Positions 48,465 through 58,354 are shown, counted from the first letter of the stretch. The stretch: 64,000 nt of DNA from Candidatus Tepidifontimicrobium thermophilum (GCA_031459915.1 JAVKHO010000016.1:1-64000); one strand, 5' to 3'. Notes: generated by a model from the sequence alone, not told the origin. Numbers and translations: made by a program.

Positions 48465-49040
48465 ATGCGGACACTGGGCCGTCCTGCCCTGTGGGCCTTC
48501 CTGGGGGTCCTTGCGGTGCAGCTGGCTGCCGCGGCGCAGCCCGAGCCCCGGGAACCGGTCCAGCGACAGGAGGACGTGCCCGTGGTACCCGGCGAGCGCG
48601 TCGGGCCCCTCACCGTCCGCATGCGGGCGAGCGAGATGGTGGCGGTGCTGGGCCCCCCGGAACGGGTGGACCGCTACCCGGAGCGGAACATCCTGTCGTA
48701 CGACTGGAAGTCGGAGGGTTATCTGGTGTCCTTCGAGCTGTCCACCGGACGGGTGCGGGTGGTGGGGGTGTACGGCACGGTGCAGCGCTTCGTCACCGAC
48801 CGCGGGATCCGGCTCATGATGCCCTTGGATCGCGCCCTGCGCGCCTACGGCCGCGGGGGGGGCTACGCCCGCGTGGACTGCCGCGGGGATCGGATCACCC
48901 TGGTGCGCTACCACGAGGTGGGCCTGCAGTTCGCAGCCGCGTACGACCCGGGACAGCCCATCCACGGTCGCATCTTCAACATGGGCGTGTTCCGGCCGGG
49001 CAGTCTGCGGACGGAGGGCAGCCCCTGCGTCACCCGCTGA
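48465..49040 (+). CDS. Secreted hypothetical protein (paralog A)
   Basis: Signal peptide, AGGGGG RBS, TACAAT at 48440; paralogous to the next gene. Confidence 0.75.
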   Translation: MRTLGRPALWAFLGVLAVQLAAAAQPEPREPVQRQEDVPVVPGERVGPLTVRMRASEMVAVLGPPERVDRYPERNILSYDWKSEGYLVSFELSTGRVRVVGVYGTVQRFVTDRGIRLMMPLDRALRAYGRGGGYARVDCRGDRITLVRYHEVGLQFAAAYDPGQPIHGRIFNMGVFRPGSLRTEGSPCVTR

Positions 49041-49600
49041 AAGCCTTCGTGGTCGCGGCAGCGGTCCTCGCCGGACTGGTCCCCTCCGGCTCGGCCCAGC
49101 CCGAACCGCCCTCACCGACGCCGGTACTCCTGGTGGACCCGGGCCGGGGAATCGGCCCGTACCGGCTGGAGCTGGGACTGGAGCGGATCCTGGCGAGGCT
49201 GGGGCGCGCGGGCGCCGAGCGCGCGGTGGTGGACATGGCCCAGGCGACCCGGGACTGTACGGTACGGGCCCGCGGTCGGGTGGTACGGTTCACCTGGCGC
49301 CCGGAGGGCCTGTGGGTCACCGCGGACGCGGACACCGGAGCCCTTCGGGTGCTGGCGGCCTTCGGGACTTCGGGGCCGTTCGTCACCGACCGGGGGGTCC
49401 GGCTTGGAACTCCCCTGGACCGGGCGGAGCGGCTGTACGGGCCAGGGGCCCAGCATGTGGAGTGCGAGCTGCCTCGGGGCCTGCGGGCACGCGTGATCCG
49501 CTACCGGGATCTGGGCATCCAGTTCACCGGGTTCGAGGGTCCCACGCCACACGCAGGGCGGGTCTGGGAGATCGGGGTGTTCCGGCCGGGCGTGTTCTGA
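49025..49600 (+). CDS. Secreted hypothetical protein (paralog B); start uncertain (CTG 49025 or GTG 49049)
   Basis: Signal peptide; shares FVTDRG, PLDRA..YG and GVFRPG with paralog A. Confidence 0.7.
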   Translation: MRHPLKAFVVAAAVLAGLVPSGSAQPEPPSPTPVLLVDPGRGIGPYRLELGLERILARLGRAGAERAVVDMAQATRDCTVRARGRVVRFTWRPEGLWVTADADTGALRVLAAFGTSGPFVTDRGVRLGTPLDRAERLYGPGAQHVECELPRGLRARVIRYRDLGIQFTGFEGPTPHAGRVWEIGVFRPGVF

Positions 49601-49605
49601 ACTCG

Positions 49606-50295
49606 TTACCCCCGTTCCCCCAGGGGCGGCTGGACTCCGGAGACCTCGCTCTGGCGGACTCTGGCCAGCTCTACCAGCCAGTCGGGGTCCTCGTACACGT
49701 AGTCCTTGCGCAGGGGGTGGCCCTTCCAGTCCTCGGTGAGGAGGATGCGCCGGAGGTCGGGGTGTCCCTCGTACACCACCCCGAACAGGTCGTAGGTCTC
49801 CCGCTCGTGCCACTCCGCGGTGCGCCAGAGGTCGCTCACCGTAGGGATCCTGGGGTCGTCGCGGTCCACCGGCACCTTCACCAGCAACTCGTGGTTGTGC
49901 ACCGTGGACCACAGGTGGTAGGTGCACTCCATCCGGTCCTTCCAGTCGATGGCGCTCGCGAAGGACAGGTAGTCCATACGGAAGGCGGGGTCGTCGCGCA
50001 GGAACTCCATCACCTCCCGGAACACCTCCCGGGGCACCTCGAAGGTCGGGGTGCGGTACCGGGGGACGGCGGGCTCCTCTTTCCGGGGAGGCCGAGGCGC
50101 GGGCTTGCCCTCCGCCTTGGCCCGCTCCACCTCCTCCTGGTAGCGCCGCTGCCGCTCCTCCTGCTCCCGCTCGAAGGCCTCCAGGGCTTCCCGCGCCGCC
50201 TCCGCGGCGTCCCGCACCTGCGGGAAGCGCTCCCGCAGCCGCGCGGCCAGCTCCGGAGGGAGGAACCCGCCTGAGGGGTTGCGGCTCGGCGTCAT
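49606..50295 (-). CDS. nuoC: NADH-quinone oxidoreductase subunit C-like
   Basis: [30 protein letters not shown]. Confidence 0.9.
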   Translation of the reverse strand: MTPSRNPSGGFLPPELAARLRERFPQVRDAAEAAREALEAFEREQEERQRRYQEEVERAKAEGKPAPRPPRKEEPAVPRYRTPTFEVPREVFREVMEFLRDDPAFRMDYLSFASAIDWKDRMECTYHLWSTVHNHELLVKVPVDRDDPRIPTVSDLWRTAEWHERETYDLFGVVYEGHPDLRRILLTEDWKGHPLRKDYVYEDPDWLVELARVRQSEVSGVQPPLGERG

Positions 50296-50756
50296 CGCAA
50301 GATCCCCCTGGCCACGGGCTCCTTGGGGGCCGCCCGGTGCAGATCCTCCAGGGTGTACAGCAGGTTCGCGCGGTTGTAGGTGCTGGCCTCGTAGTGAGGG
50401 GTGAACACGATGGCCTCCGTGGGGCAAACCTCCACGCACAGCCCACAGTACTGGCACTTGTCCATCTCGATGTCGAACCGCGTGAGCACGCGCTCCTTCC
50501 CCTTCCCGGTGGCCTCGATGTGGATGCACCGGCTGGGGCAGATCCGCTCGCACTGGAAGCAAATGATGCACCTGTCGTTGCCCGTCTCCGTGTCCACGGG
50601 CAGGGCCAGAAGCCCGTGCCAGCGGGGGGACACGTTGGACTTCTCGAGGGGGTACAGGAGGGTGACCTTCGGGCGGGTCAGGTTCTGGAAGGTCACCCCC
50701 AGACCGGTCACCAGTCCCTGGACGGCCTCCACGGTGCGCTGGAGCAGGCCCGGCAT
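50292..50756 (-). CDS. nuoI: NADH-quinone oxidoreductase subunit I-like (2x[4Fe-4S])
   Basis: [29 protein letters not shown]. Confidence 0.9.
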   Translation of the reverse strand: MPGLLQRTVEAVQGLVTGLGVTFQNLTRPKVTLLYPLEKSNVSPRWHGLLALPVDTETGNDRCIICFQCERICPSRCIHIEATGKGKERVLTRFDIEMDKCQYCGLCVEVCPTEAIVFTPHYEASTYNRANLLYTLEDLHRAAPKEPVARGILR

Positions 50757-50766
50757 ACGACCCTCC

Positions 50767-51876
50767 TCAGCGGTCTACGTCCGCCAGCACGATGTCGATG
50801 CTCCCCAGGATGGCGATGATGTCCGCCACTTTCCAGCCTTTCATCATCTCCGTAAGGGCGTGCAGGTTCACAAAGGAGGGCGCCCGGATCTTCACCCGCC
50901 AGGGCGTCTCTCCTCCCGTGCTGACCAGGTGGATCCCCAGGTCTCCCCGGGGAGACTCCACCCGCGTGTACACCTCCCCCGGAGGGACTTTGAGGTTGAG
51001 GGGCACCCGGGCAGCCCGGACCTCCCCCTCCGGCATCTGATCCAGGCACTGCAGGATGATCCGGGTGGACTCCCGCATCTCGTCCATCCGGACCAGGTAC
51101 CGGGCGTAGCAGTCTCCCTCCGTGTACACGGGGACCTGGAAGTCCACCCGGTCGTACACCTCGTACGGGTGGCTCTTGCGCACGTCCCACTGGAGCCCCG
51201 AGGCCCGCGCCACAGGCCCGCAGGCGCCGAAGGCGACGGCCTGCTCCCGGGTCAGCACCCCCACGCCCTGCGTGCGGGCCTGCCAGATGGGGTTGCCGGT
51301 GAGCAGTCTGTGGTATTCGTCCAGGCGATTCAGGAAGTAGTGGCAGAACTCCCGGCACCGGTCCGTCCAACCGGGGGGAAGGTCTTCGTTCACCCCACCC
51401 AGGCGGAAGTACACGTGGTGTAGCCGCCCTCCCGTGGTGGCCTCGAACAGGTCCATGATGAGCTCCCGCTCCCGCATGCACCACAGGAAGGCGGTGAAGG
51501 CGCCCAGGTCGATCCCGTAGGTGCCCAGCCACAACAGGTGGCTGGCGAGGCGCTGGAGCTCCATGAAGATGGTCCGGATGTACCGGGCCCGTTCCGGCAC
51601 CGGCACGTCTGCCAGGGTCTCCGCCGCCCGGAGGATGGCCATCTCGTTCACTAAGGCCGCCAGGTAGTCCATGCCCCGGTCCGCCAGGGCGATGTTCTGG
51701 GTGTAGTTGCGGTGCTCCATCATCTTCTCGACGGAGGAGTGGAGGTAGCCGATGTCCGGCTGGACCTCCACGATGTTCTCCCCGTCCAGGGTCACCAGCA
51801 GCCGGAGGACCCCGTGGGTGCTGGGGTGCTGCGGGCCCATGTTGAGGATGAGCTCCTCGGTACGCAGCGACCGCAT
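50767..51876 (-). CDS. nuoD: NADH-quinone oxidoreductase subunit D-like
   Basis: NMGPQHPSTHGVLRL, GYLH, ESPRG, C-terminal DIVLADVDR; no NiFe cysteine pairs. Confidence 0.93.
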   Translation of the reverse strand: MRSLRTEELILNMGPQHPSTHGVLRLLVTLDGENIVEVQPDIGYLHSSVEKMMEHRNYTQNIALADRGMDYLAALVNEMAILRAAETLADVPVPERARYIRTIFMELQRLASHLLWLGTYGIDLGAFTAFLWCMRERELIMDLFEATTGGRLHHVYFRLGGVNEDLPPGWTDRCREFCHYFLNRLDEYHRLLTGNPIWQARTQGVGVLTREQAVAFGACGPVARASGLQWDVRKSHPYEVYDRVDFQVPVYTEGDCYARYLVRMDEMRESTRIILQCLDQMPEGEVRAARVPLNLKVPPGEVYTRVESPRGDLGIHLVSTGGETPWRVKIRAPSFVNLHALTEMMKGWKVADIIAILGSIDIVLADVDR

Positions 51877-51877
51877 C

Positions 51878-52462
51878 CTAAGCCCCCGCCTCCTGCAGCC
51901 GGCGCGTCAGGCGGCGCTCCCGCTGGATCTTCTCCTGCAGCTTCAGCACCCCCTCGATGAGGGCCTCCGGCCGGGGCGGGCAGCCCGGCACGTACACGTC
52001 CACGGGGATGACGGTGTCGATCCCCTTGAGGATGGAATAGTTGTCGTAGTAGAAGGGCCCGCCACAGGTGGCGCAGCTGCCCATGCTGATCACGTACTTG
52101 GGTTCCGGCATCTGCTCCCAGAGCCGGCGGACCACCGGGGCCATCTTGATGGTGCACCGGCCCGCCACGATGATCAGGTCCGCCTGCCTGGGGGTGGCCC
52201 GGGGAATCACGCCGAACCGGTCCAGGTCGAACCGGGTACCCATGGCCTGCATCATCTCCATGGCGCAGCACGCCAGCCCGAAGGTGAGAGGCCAGATGGA
52301 GCGGGCCCGGGCCCAGTTCAGCACGTTCTCGATGCTGGTGACGAGGATCTGCCCGCCCGGCAGCCGATGCAGCACCTCCACCAGCTGCTCGATGGGAGCC
52401 TCCCGGCTCCCGTCCGCGGGCACACGCACCATCCGTGTGACTTCCGGACCGCCGGACGACAC
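51878..52462 (-). CDS. nuoB: NADH-quinone oxidoreductase subunit B-like
   Basis: [29 protein letters not shown]. Confidence 0.93.
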   Translation of the reverse strand: MSSGGPEVTRMVRVPADGSREAPIEQLVEVLHRLPGGQILVTSIENVLNWARARSIWPLTFGLACCAMEMMQAMGTRFDLDRFGVIPRATPRQADLIIVAGRCTIKMAPVVRRLWEQMPEPKYVISMGSCATCGGPFYYDNYSILKGIDTVIPVDVYVPGCPPRPEALIEGVLKLQEKIQRERRLTRRLQEAGA

Positions 52463-52534
52463 GGTTTCACTCCTGGTGTAGGATTGGGGCCGGGTGCGAC
52501 CCCCTGGGATTCTCGCACACCGCGGGCGCGCCCC

Positions 52535-53818
52535 TCAAGCGCCCCGGGCCGCCCGCTCCGCCTCCGACGTCCGCCACACCTCGGCCCCCAGGGATCGGAG
52601 CTTGCGCTCGAGGCCCTCGTACTTGCGGTCCAGGTGCTCCACCCCCGTGATGCGGGTCTCACCCTCCGCCACCAGCCCCGCGATCACCATCGCGGCGCCC
52701 GCCCGGATGTCCAGGGCCTGTACCGTGGCTCCCGTGAGCCGCTCCACGCCCCGCACGTAGGCGGTGTTGCCGTCCACCCGGATGTCCGCCCCCATCTTCA
52801 CCAGCTCGTAGGCGTAGCCCATGCGGCCGTCGTAGATGGTCTCCCGCACCACCGCCTGCCCCTCCGCGGTGGCGAGCAGCGCCGCGAAGGGCGGGTGCAG
52901 GTCGGTGGCGAATCCCGGGAACGGCGCGGTGTCGATGTCCACGGCGCGCAGGCGCCGGGGCGCGCGCACCCGTACCCGGTCGGTGTTGGCGTCCACCTGG
53001 CAGCCGGCCTCCGCCAGCTTGCTCAACAGGGCGGTCACGTGCTCGGGGATGAGGGCGTCCACCTCCACGTCCCCGCCCGTGGCAGCCCCCGCCACCAGGT
53101 ACGTCCCCGCCTCGATGCGGTCGGGGATGACCGCATACCGAGCCCCGTGCAGCCGGCGCACACCCTCCACCACCACGGTGGGGGTCCCCGCTCCCCGGAT
53201 GCGGGCGCCCATGAGGTTCAGGAACACCGCGGTGTCGGTAACCTCGGGCTCCAGGGCCGCGTTCCGGAGCACCGTGGTCCCCTCCGCCAGCACCGCGGCC
53301 AGCATCAGGTTGATGGTGGTCCCCACGCTGCGCCGCGGCACGAGGAACTCGACCCCCCGCAAGCTCCGGGCGCGCCCCACCAGGTAGCCCCGCTCGGTGA
53401 CCACGTCAGCTCCCAGGGCCGAGAACCCCTTGAGGTGGAAGTCCACGGGCCGCCCCCCGATGGAGTCGCCGCCGGGTAGCCCCACCTCGAACTGCCCCGC
53501 CCGCCCCAGCAGCATCCCTGCGGCGTAGTACGAGCCTCGGATGCGGCCGCACAGCTCCGCGGGCGCGTGGGTGCTGCTCAGCCGACGCGCGTCCACCGCC
53601 AGCCGCCCGCCGTCCGTGAGTTCCACCTCGCAGCCCAGGCTCCGCAGGATGTCCGCCATGACCTGGACGTCGCGGCACCGGGGGACGTTCTCGATCACCG
53701 ACACGTCTGCGGCCAGGGCCGCCGCGGCCATGATGGGGAGCACCGTGTTGACCGCGCCGGCCACCTTCACCGCGCCCTCCAGCCGGCGTCCGCCACGGAC
53801 CACCAGGAGCTCTGCCAC
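52535..53818 (-). CDS. murA: UDP-N-acetylglucosamine 1-carboxyvinyltransferase (atypical active site)
   Basis: LPGGDSIGGRPVDFH, SVGTT, EPEV, PDRIEAGT, FPGFATD, DIRAGA; GTG start inferred. Confidence 0.9.
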   Translation of the reverse strand: MAELLVVRGGRRLEGAVKVAGAVNTVLPIMAAAALAADVSVIENVPRCRDVQVMADILRSLGCEVELTDGGRLAVDARRLSSTHAPAELCGRIRGSYYAAGMLLGRAGQFEVGLPGGDSIGGRPVDFHLKGFSALGADVVTERGYLVGRARSLRGVEFLVPRRSVGTTINLMLAAVLAEGTTVLRNAALEPEVTDTAVFLNLMGARIRGAGTPTVVVEGVRRLHGARYAVIPDRIEAGTYLVAGAATGGDVEVDALIPEHVTALLSKLAEAGCQVDANTDRVRVRAPRRLRAVDIDTAPFPGFATDLHPPFAALLATAEGQAVVRETIYDGRMGYAYELVKMGADIRVDGNTAYVRGVERLTGATVQALDIRAGAAMVIAGLVAEGETRITGVEHLDRKYEGLERKLRSLGAEVWRTSEAERAARGA

Positions 53819-53858
53819 CGGCTCGCCTCGGCAGGTCACCGCTTCCGGGGGCACGCGC

Positions 53859-54134
53859 CTAACCCTCGAGAGCCGGCCGGATCCGCTTCTCCACGTAGAA
53901 GCGCACCAGCTCCTCCAGGATCCGGTCCCGGTCGACCTTACGGATGAGGGAGCGGGCACCCCGATGGCTCGTGATGTACGTGGGGTCTCCCGAGATCAGG
54001 TAGCCCACCAGCTGGTCCTTGGGGCTGTAGCCGCGCTCCTGCAGGGCCCGGTACACCTCCAGGAGGATCTCGAACACCCCGGGCAGTTCCTCGCCCAGGC
54101 GGTACACACCGGTCTGCTCGTGGGACTCGCTCAA
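53859..54134 (-). CDS. ireB: IreB/ReoM family regulatory phosphoprotein
   Basis: [44 protein letters not shown]-terminal EQT phosphosite-like motif; TTG start overlapping the menG stop. Confidence 0.9.
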   Translation of the reverse strand: MSESHEQTGVYRLGEELPGVFEILLEVYRALQERGYSPKDQLVGYLISGDPTYITSHRGARSLIRKVDRDRILEELVRFYVEKRIRPALEG

Positions 54135-54925
54135 CTCCGCACCTCTGGCCGGCCCTCGGGCCCGGCCAGTGAGGGGTTCGCGGCGGCGGGGCGTCCTTCC
54201 TGGCGTCCAGGAGGTTTGTCCGCTGCGTGCACCGCCACCGCCCCGAAAAGCAGGTTCCGGTACCAGACGCTCCGGAAGCCCGCCTGGTGGAGCAGGTCGC
54301 GGAAGGCCTCCTGGTCCGGCCAACCTCGGATGGAGGTCGGCAGGTACCAGTAGGCGTCCGGGTGGCGGGAGAGCCTGCGGCCTACCCACGGGATGGCGGT
54401 GTACGAGTAGAGGTCGTAGAGGGCACCAAACAGCCGGGAGCGGGGCCGGCTGAACTCCAGCACCACAAGCCGGCCGCCCGGCCGCAGGACCCGGAACAGC
54501 TCTCGCAGGGTACCCAGAGGGTCAGCCACGTTGCGCACCCCAAAACCCACCGTGGCCGCGTGGAAGGTCCCGTCCGCAAAAGGCAGCGCCTGTGCGTCCC
54601 CCTGCACGAACCAAACCCCCCGAGCCCCGCCGGCCCGCTTCCGGGCCAGGTGCAGCATGGGCTCCGCGAAGTCCACACCCACCACGCGGCCTTGGGGGCC
54701 CACGCGGCGGTGGAGGAGGAAGACCAGGTCACCGGTCCCGCAGCACACGTCCAGGGCGAGGCCGCCCGGGGGCGGCGCGGCGACTGCCACCGCGTACTGC
54801 TTCCAACGCTTGTGCAGGCCGAAGCTCAGCAGGGTGTTCAGGAGATCGTACCGGCGGGCGATGGCGCTGAACATCGCCCGCACGTACCGGCCCTTTTGTT
54901 CGGGGCTCTGCTCGGGAAGGAGCAC
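54131..54925 (-). CDS. menG: Demethylmenaquinone methyltransferase (MenG/UbiE)
   Basis: [40 protein letters not shown]. Confidence 0.9.
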   Translation of the reverse strand: MLLPEQSPEQKGRYVRAMFSAIARRYDLLNTLLSFGLHKRWKQYAVAVAAPPPGGLALDVCCGTGDLVFLLHRRVGPQGRVVGVDFAEPMLHLARKRAGGARGVWFVQGDAQALPFADGTFHAATVGFGVRNVADPLGTLRELFRVLRPGGRLVVLEFSRPRSRLFGALYDLYSYTAIPWVGRRLSRHPDAYWYLPTSIRGWPDQEAFRDLLHQAGFRSVWYRNLLFGAVAVHAADKPPGRQEGRPAAANPSLAGPEGRPEVRS

Positions 54926-54941
54926 CAGTACACTCCGATCG

Positions 54942-55014
54942 TGGGCCCGCCTGGGCTCGAACCAGGAACCCGCCGGTTATGAGCCGGCCGCTCTGACCCT
55001 TGAGCTACGGGCCC
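54942..55014 (-). tRNA. tRNA with CAT anticodon, probably tRNA-Ile2 (lysidine); CCA not encoded
   Basis: GGGCCCGTAGCTCAAGGG...GCCGG-CTCATAA-CCGGC...GTTCGAGCCCAGGCGGGCCCA; paired G1-C72 and no three-GC anticodon stem, so not an initiator. Confidence 0.9.
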
Positions 55015-55760
55015 GCACCCCACTCAGTATATCCCACCCGTACCAGGTACAGCCCCCCGGGGGCCACCACGGGACCTGCCCGCTGGCTGTCGCGGGAAGC
55101 CAGCACCTCCCCGACTTCCTCCGGACTCCGCTTGCCCGCTCCCACCTCCAGCAGCGTCCCTACCAGCATCCGAACCATGTGCCGCAGGAACCGATCCGAC
55201 ACCACCTCCACCACCACGAAGGGCCCGCGGCGTCTGACCCGGAACCGGTGCACGGTGCACCAAGTGGTCCTGGGGTTGCTGCCGGTGGCGCAGAAGGCGG
55301 CGAAGTCGTGCCCGCCCACCAGCAGCTCGGCGGCACGCTGCATGCGGGCCACCTCCAAAGGCCCCTCCCACGCCAGCGCCCGGTCCACCAGGAAGGGGTT
55401 GCGGCCGGGGCGGTTCCAGATCACGTAGCGGTAGGCGCGCCAGCGGGCGTCCCGACGGGCGTGGAAGGCCTCCGGGGCGTCCTGGGCGGACCGCACGGCA
55501 ATGTCCGCGGGGAGGTAGTGGTTGAGGGCCGTTACGAAACGCTCCGCAGAAAGTGAGGAGGCGGTGCGGAAGTGCGCCACCTGGGCCAACGCGTGTACGC
55601 CCGCGTCCGTACGCCCCGCACCCACCACCCGCACGCGCTCTCCGGTGACGCGGGCCAGGGCCACCTCTAGCTCCCCCTGCACCGAAGGCCGGCCCGGCTG
55701 CCGCTGCCAGCCCGCGTAGCGCGTGCCCACGTACCACACTACGAGCCTCACCGTCCGCAC
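55005..55760 (-). CDS. truA: tRNA pseudouridine(38-40) synthase
   Basis: GWQRQ, GAGRTDAGVHA, FHAR, HDFAAF, FLRHMVR. Confidence 0.95.
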   Translation of the reverse strand: MRTVRLVVWYVGTRYAGWQRQPGRPSVQGELEVALARVTGERVRVVGAGRTDAGVHALAQVAHFRTASSLSAERFVTALNHYLPADIAVRSAQDAPEAFHARRDARWRAYRYVIWNRPGRNPFLVDRALAWEGPLEVARMQRAAELLVGGHDFAAFCATGSNPRTTWCTVHRFRVRRRGPFVVVEVVSDRFLRHMVRMLVGTLLEVGAGKRSPEEVGEVLASRDSQRAGPVVAPGGLYLVRVGYTEWGAGP

Positions 55761-55764
55761 AGTC

Positions 55765-56577
55765 CTACGGTCCGCCCGACCAAAGCACGAGCACGCTGGC
55801 GCCCACGACCACCAGCCCGGCCCAGAGATCCCGGGCGCGGTAGCGCAGCTGTTTCATCCGGGTCCGGCCCTCGCCGCCGCGGTAGCCCCGGGCCTCCATG
55901 GCTACTGCCAGCTCGTCCGCCCGACGGAAGGCGCTGACGAACAGGGGGACCAGGATGGGGACCAGAGCCCGCGCCCGCCGCAGGGGGCCGCCGGTGTCCA
56001 GGTCCGCGCCCCGGGCCATCTGTGCCTTCATGATTTTCTCCGTTTCCTCCACCAGGGTGGGGATGAACCGGAGGGCGATGGTCATCATCATGGCCAGCTC
56101 GTGGGCCGGGACCCCCAGCCGCCGGAACGGGTTCAGCAGCCGCTCCATCCCGTCCGCCAGCTCCACGGGGGAGGTGGTGAAGGTCAGCAAGGAGGTGGAG
56201 ACCACCAGGAGCACTAGGCGGGCGGTGACGAACAACCCCTGGACCAGGCCCTCCCGCGTCGCCACCAAGGGCCCCAGCCTCCACAGCACGGTCCCGCCCG
56301 AGGCCCCGCCGAAGAACACCTGCAGGACCAGGGTGAGCAGAAGCAGAAACCAGATGGGCCGCAGGCCGCGCAGCACGAACCCCGCGGGCACTTGCGAGAG
56401 GACCACCGCACCGGCCAGGAACGCCGCAAACACGCCCAGCCCCCGGAAGTCCCGCGCGAGGAACACCACCACCATCAGGACCGTGGTGGCCAGGATCTTC
56501 GTCCGCGGATCCAGCCGGTGCACCGGGGAGGCCCGCGGGACGTACTGGCCGATGGTCAGGCTTCGGAGGAGCTCCAC
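55765..56577 (-). CDS. ecfT: ECF transporter transmembrane component T
   Basis: HRLDPRTK, ALRFIP, AQMARG and AMEARG motifs. Confidence 0.93.
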   Translation of the reverse strand: MELLRSLTIGQYVPRASPVHRLDPRTKILATTVLMVVVFLARDFRGLGVFAAFLAGAVVLSQVPAGFVLRGLRPIWFLLLLTLVLQVFFGGASGGTVLWRLGPLVATREGLVQGLFVTARLVLLVVSTSLLTFTTSPVELADGMERLLNPFRRLGVPAHELAMMMTIALRFIPTLVEETEKIMKAQMARGADLDTGGPLRRARALVPILVPLFVSAFRRADELAVAMEARGYRGGEGRTRMKQLRYRARDLWAGLVVVGASVLVLWSGGP

Positions 56578-57443
56578 CGCCGGTTCCCCTGCAGCACCCG
56601 CACGATCTCCTCGCACGCCTCCTCCACGGTGAGGCGGTCGCACCGCACGGGAAGCCCCGCGGCCTTTAACCGCAGCAGTACGTCGGTGACCCGGGGCACG
56701 TCCAGCCCGATGCTCCGCAGCCGGTCTGACTGCGCGAACGCCTCCCGGACGGGCGCGTCGAGGAACACCTGGCCCCGGTGCAGCACCACCACCCTCTGGC
56801 ACAGCCGCGCCACGTCGTCCATGCTGTGGGAGATGAGCACCACCGTGAGGGCCGCCTTGCGGTGCAGATCCCGCACCCGGCTCAGGATCTCCCGCCGCCC
56901 CTCCGGGTCCAGGCCCGCGGTGGGCTCGTCCAGCACCAGCACCTGCGGCCGCATGGCCAGCACCCCCGCGATCGCCACCCGCCGCATCTCGCCGCCCGAA
57001 AGGGAAAAAGGCGAACGCGGGCCGAAGCGGTCCGGGTCTAGCCCCACCCACTCCAGGGACTCGCGGACCCGCTCCTGCACTTCCTCCGGATCCAGGCCCA
57101 GGTTACGGGGCCCGAAGGCCACGTCCTCGAACACCGTCGCCTCAAAGAGCTGGTGCTCGGGGTACTGGAATAGCAGCCCCACCTTGCGGCGGACCTCCCG
57201 CACCACCGCGGTGCCGGGACGGATCTCCACCCCGTCCACCCAGACCCGGCCTTCCGTGGGCCGCAGCAGCCCGTTGAAGTGCTGCACCAGGGTGCTCTTG
57301 CCGGATCCCGTGGGCCCCACCAACCCCAGGCACTCGCCCCGGCGGACCACCAGGTCCACGCCGCGGAGGGCTACCGACTCGAAGGGGGTTCCCCGGAGGT
57401 ACACGTGCGTGAGGCCCTCACAGACCACCACGGGGTCGCTCAC
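56556..57443 (-). CDS. ecfA2: ECF transporter ATPase A'
   Basis: GPTGSGKST, FQYPEHQLF, LSGGEMRR, DEPTAGLDP. Confidence 0.92.
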   Translation of the reverse strand: MSDPVVVCEGLTHVYLRGTPFESVALRGVDLVVRRGECLGLVGPTGSGKSTLVQHFNGLLRPTEGRVWVDGVEIRPGTAVVREVRRKVGLLFQYPEHQLFEATVFEDVAFGPRNLGLDPEEVQERVRESLEWVGLDPDRFGPRSPFSLSGGEMRRVAIAGVLAMRPQVLVLDEPTAGLDPEGRREILSRVRDLHRKAALTVVLISHSMDDVARLCQRVVVLHRGQVFLDAPVREAFAQSDRLRSIGLDVPRVTDVLLRLKAAGLPVRCDRLTVEEACEEIVRVLQGNRRWSSSEA

Positions 57444-58300
57444 ACCACCACCCCGCACCAGCGCAGCAGCTGAGCGGCCAGCTCCTCGGGATCCAGGGGT
57501 TGGCCCTCCACCGGGATCCCGCGCCGTCTCAGGCACCCGCTGAGCTCCGCCACCTCCGGCAGGTCCAGCCGCAGGCCCCGCAACCGCTGGACGTCCCGGA
57601 ACACCTCCCGGGGGATCCCTTCCAGGGCCACGCGGCCCTCGTGGAGCACCACCACCCGGTCTGCCTGCGCCGCTTCCTCCATGTTGTGCGTGATGTGCAC
57701 CACTGCGATCCCCTCTTGTTCTCGCAACCGGTGGGCCGTCCGCAGCACCTCCCGGCGGCCTTCGGGATCCAGCATGGTGGTCGCCTCGTCCAGCACGATG
57801 CACTGGGGACGCATGGCCAGGACCCCGGCGATGGCCACCCGCTGCTTCTGCCCGCCGGAGAGCAGGTGGGGCTCCCGGCGGCGGTGCTCCAGCATCCCGA
57901 CCGTCCGCAGGGCTTCCTCCACCCGTTGCGCGATCTCCTCCGGGGGAAGGCCCAGGTTCTCCGGGCCGAAAGCCACGTCCTCTTCCACCACGGTGGCCAC
58001 GATCTGGTTGTCCGGGTTCTGGAAGACCATCCCGACTTTGCGGCGGATCTCCCAGAGGGCGTGGGGATCGCGGGTGTCCAGCCCGTCCACCACCACGCGG
58101 CCCTCGGTGGGCAGAAGCAGAGCGTTAAGGTGCTTGGCGAGAGTGGACTTCCCGGACCCGTTGCCGCCCACCAGGGCCAGGAACTCCCCCCGGTAGACGG
58201 TCAGGGACACGTCGTGAACCGCCCGGACCTCCTGAGGGGTCCCCGCGTGGTAGACGTGGGTGAGATGGTGGACTTCGATGAGGGGGACGGGTTCCGACAC
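57440..58300 (-). CDS. ecfA1: ECF transporter ATPase A
   Basis: GNGSGKST, FQNPDNQ, LSGGQKQR, DEATTMLDP. Confidence 0.92.
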   Translation of the reverse strand: MSEPVPLIEVHHLTHVYHAGTPQEVRAVHDVSLTVYRGEFLALVGGNGSGKSTLAKHLNALLLPTEGRVVVDGLDTRDPHALWEIRRKVGMVFQNPDNQIVATVVEEDVAFGPENLGLPPEEIAQRVEEALRTVGMLEHRRREPHLLSGGQKQRVAIAGVLAMRPQCIVLDEATTMLDPEGRREVLRTAHRLREQEGIAVVHITHNMEEAAQADRVVVLHEGRVALEGIPREVFRDVQRLRGLRLDLPEVAELSGCLRRRGIPVEGQPLDPEELAAQLLRWCGVVV

Positions 58301-58354
58301 ACCTTCCCCGGCGGTGTCTAGGCCACGCCACTCGCGCGCTTCATACCCCGACGC

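Noticed and set aside
50767..51876. Group 4 NiFe hydrogenase large subunit
   Set aside because: Lacks both CxxC nickel-binding motifs, and the partner subunit has the tandem CC of NuoB
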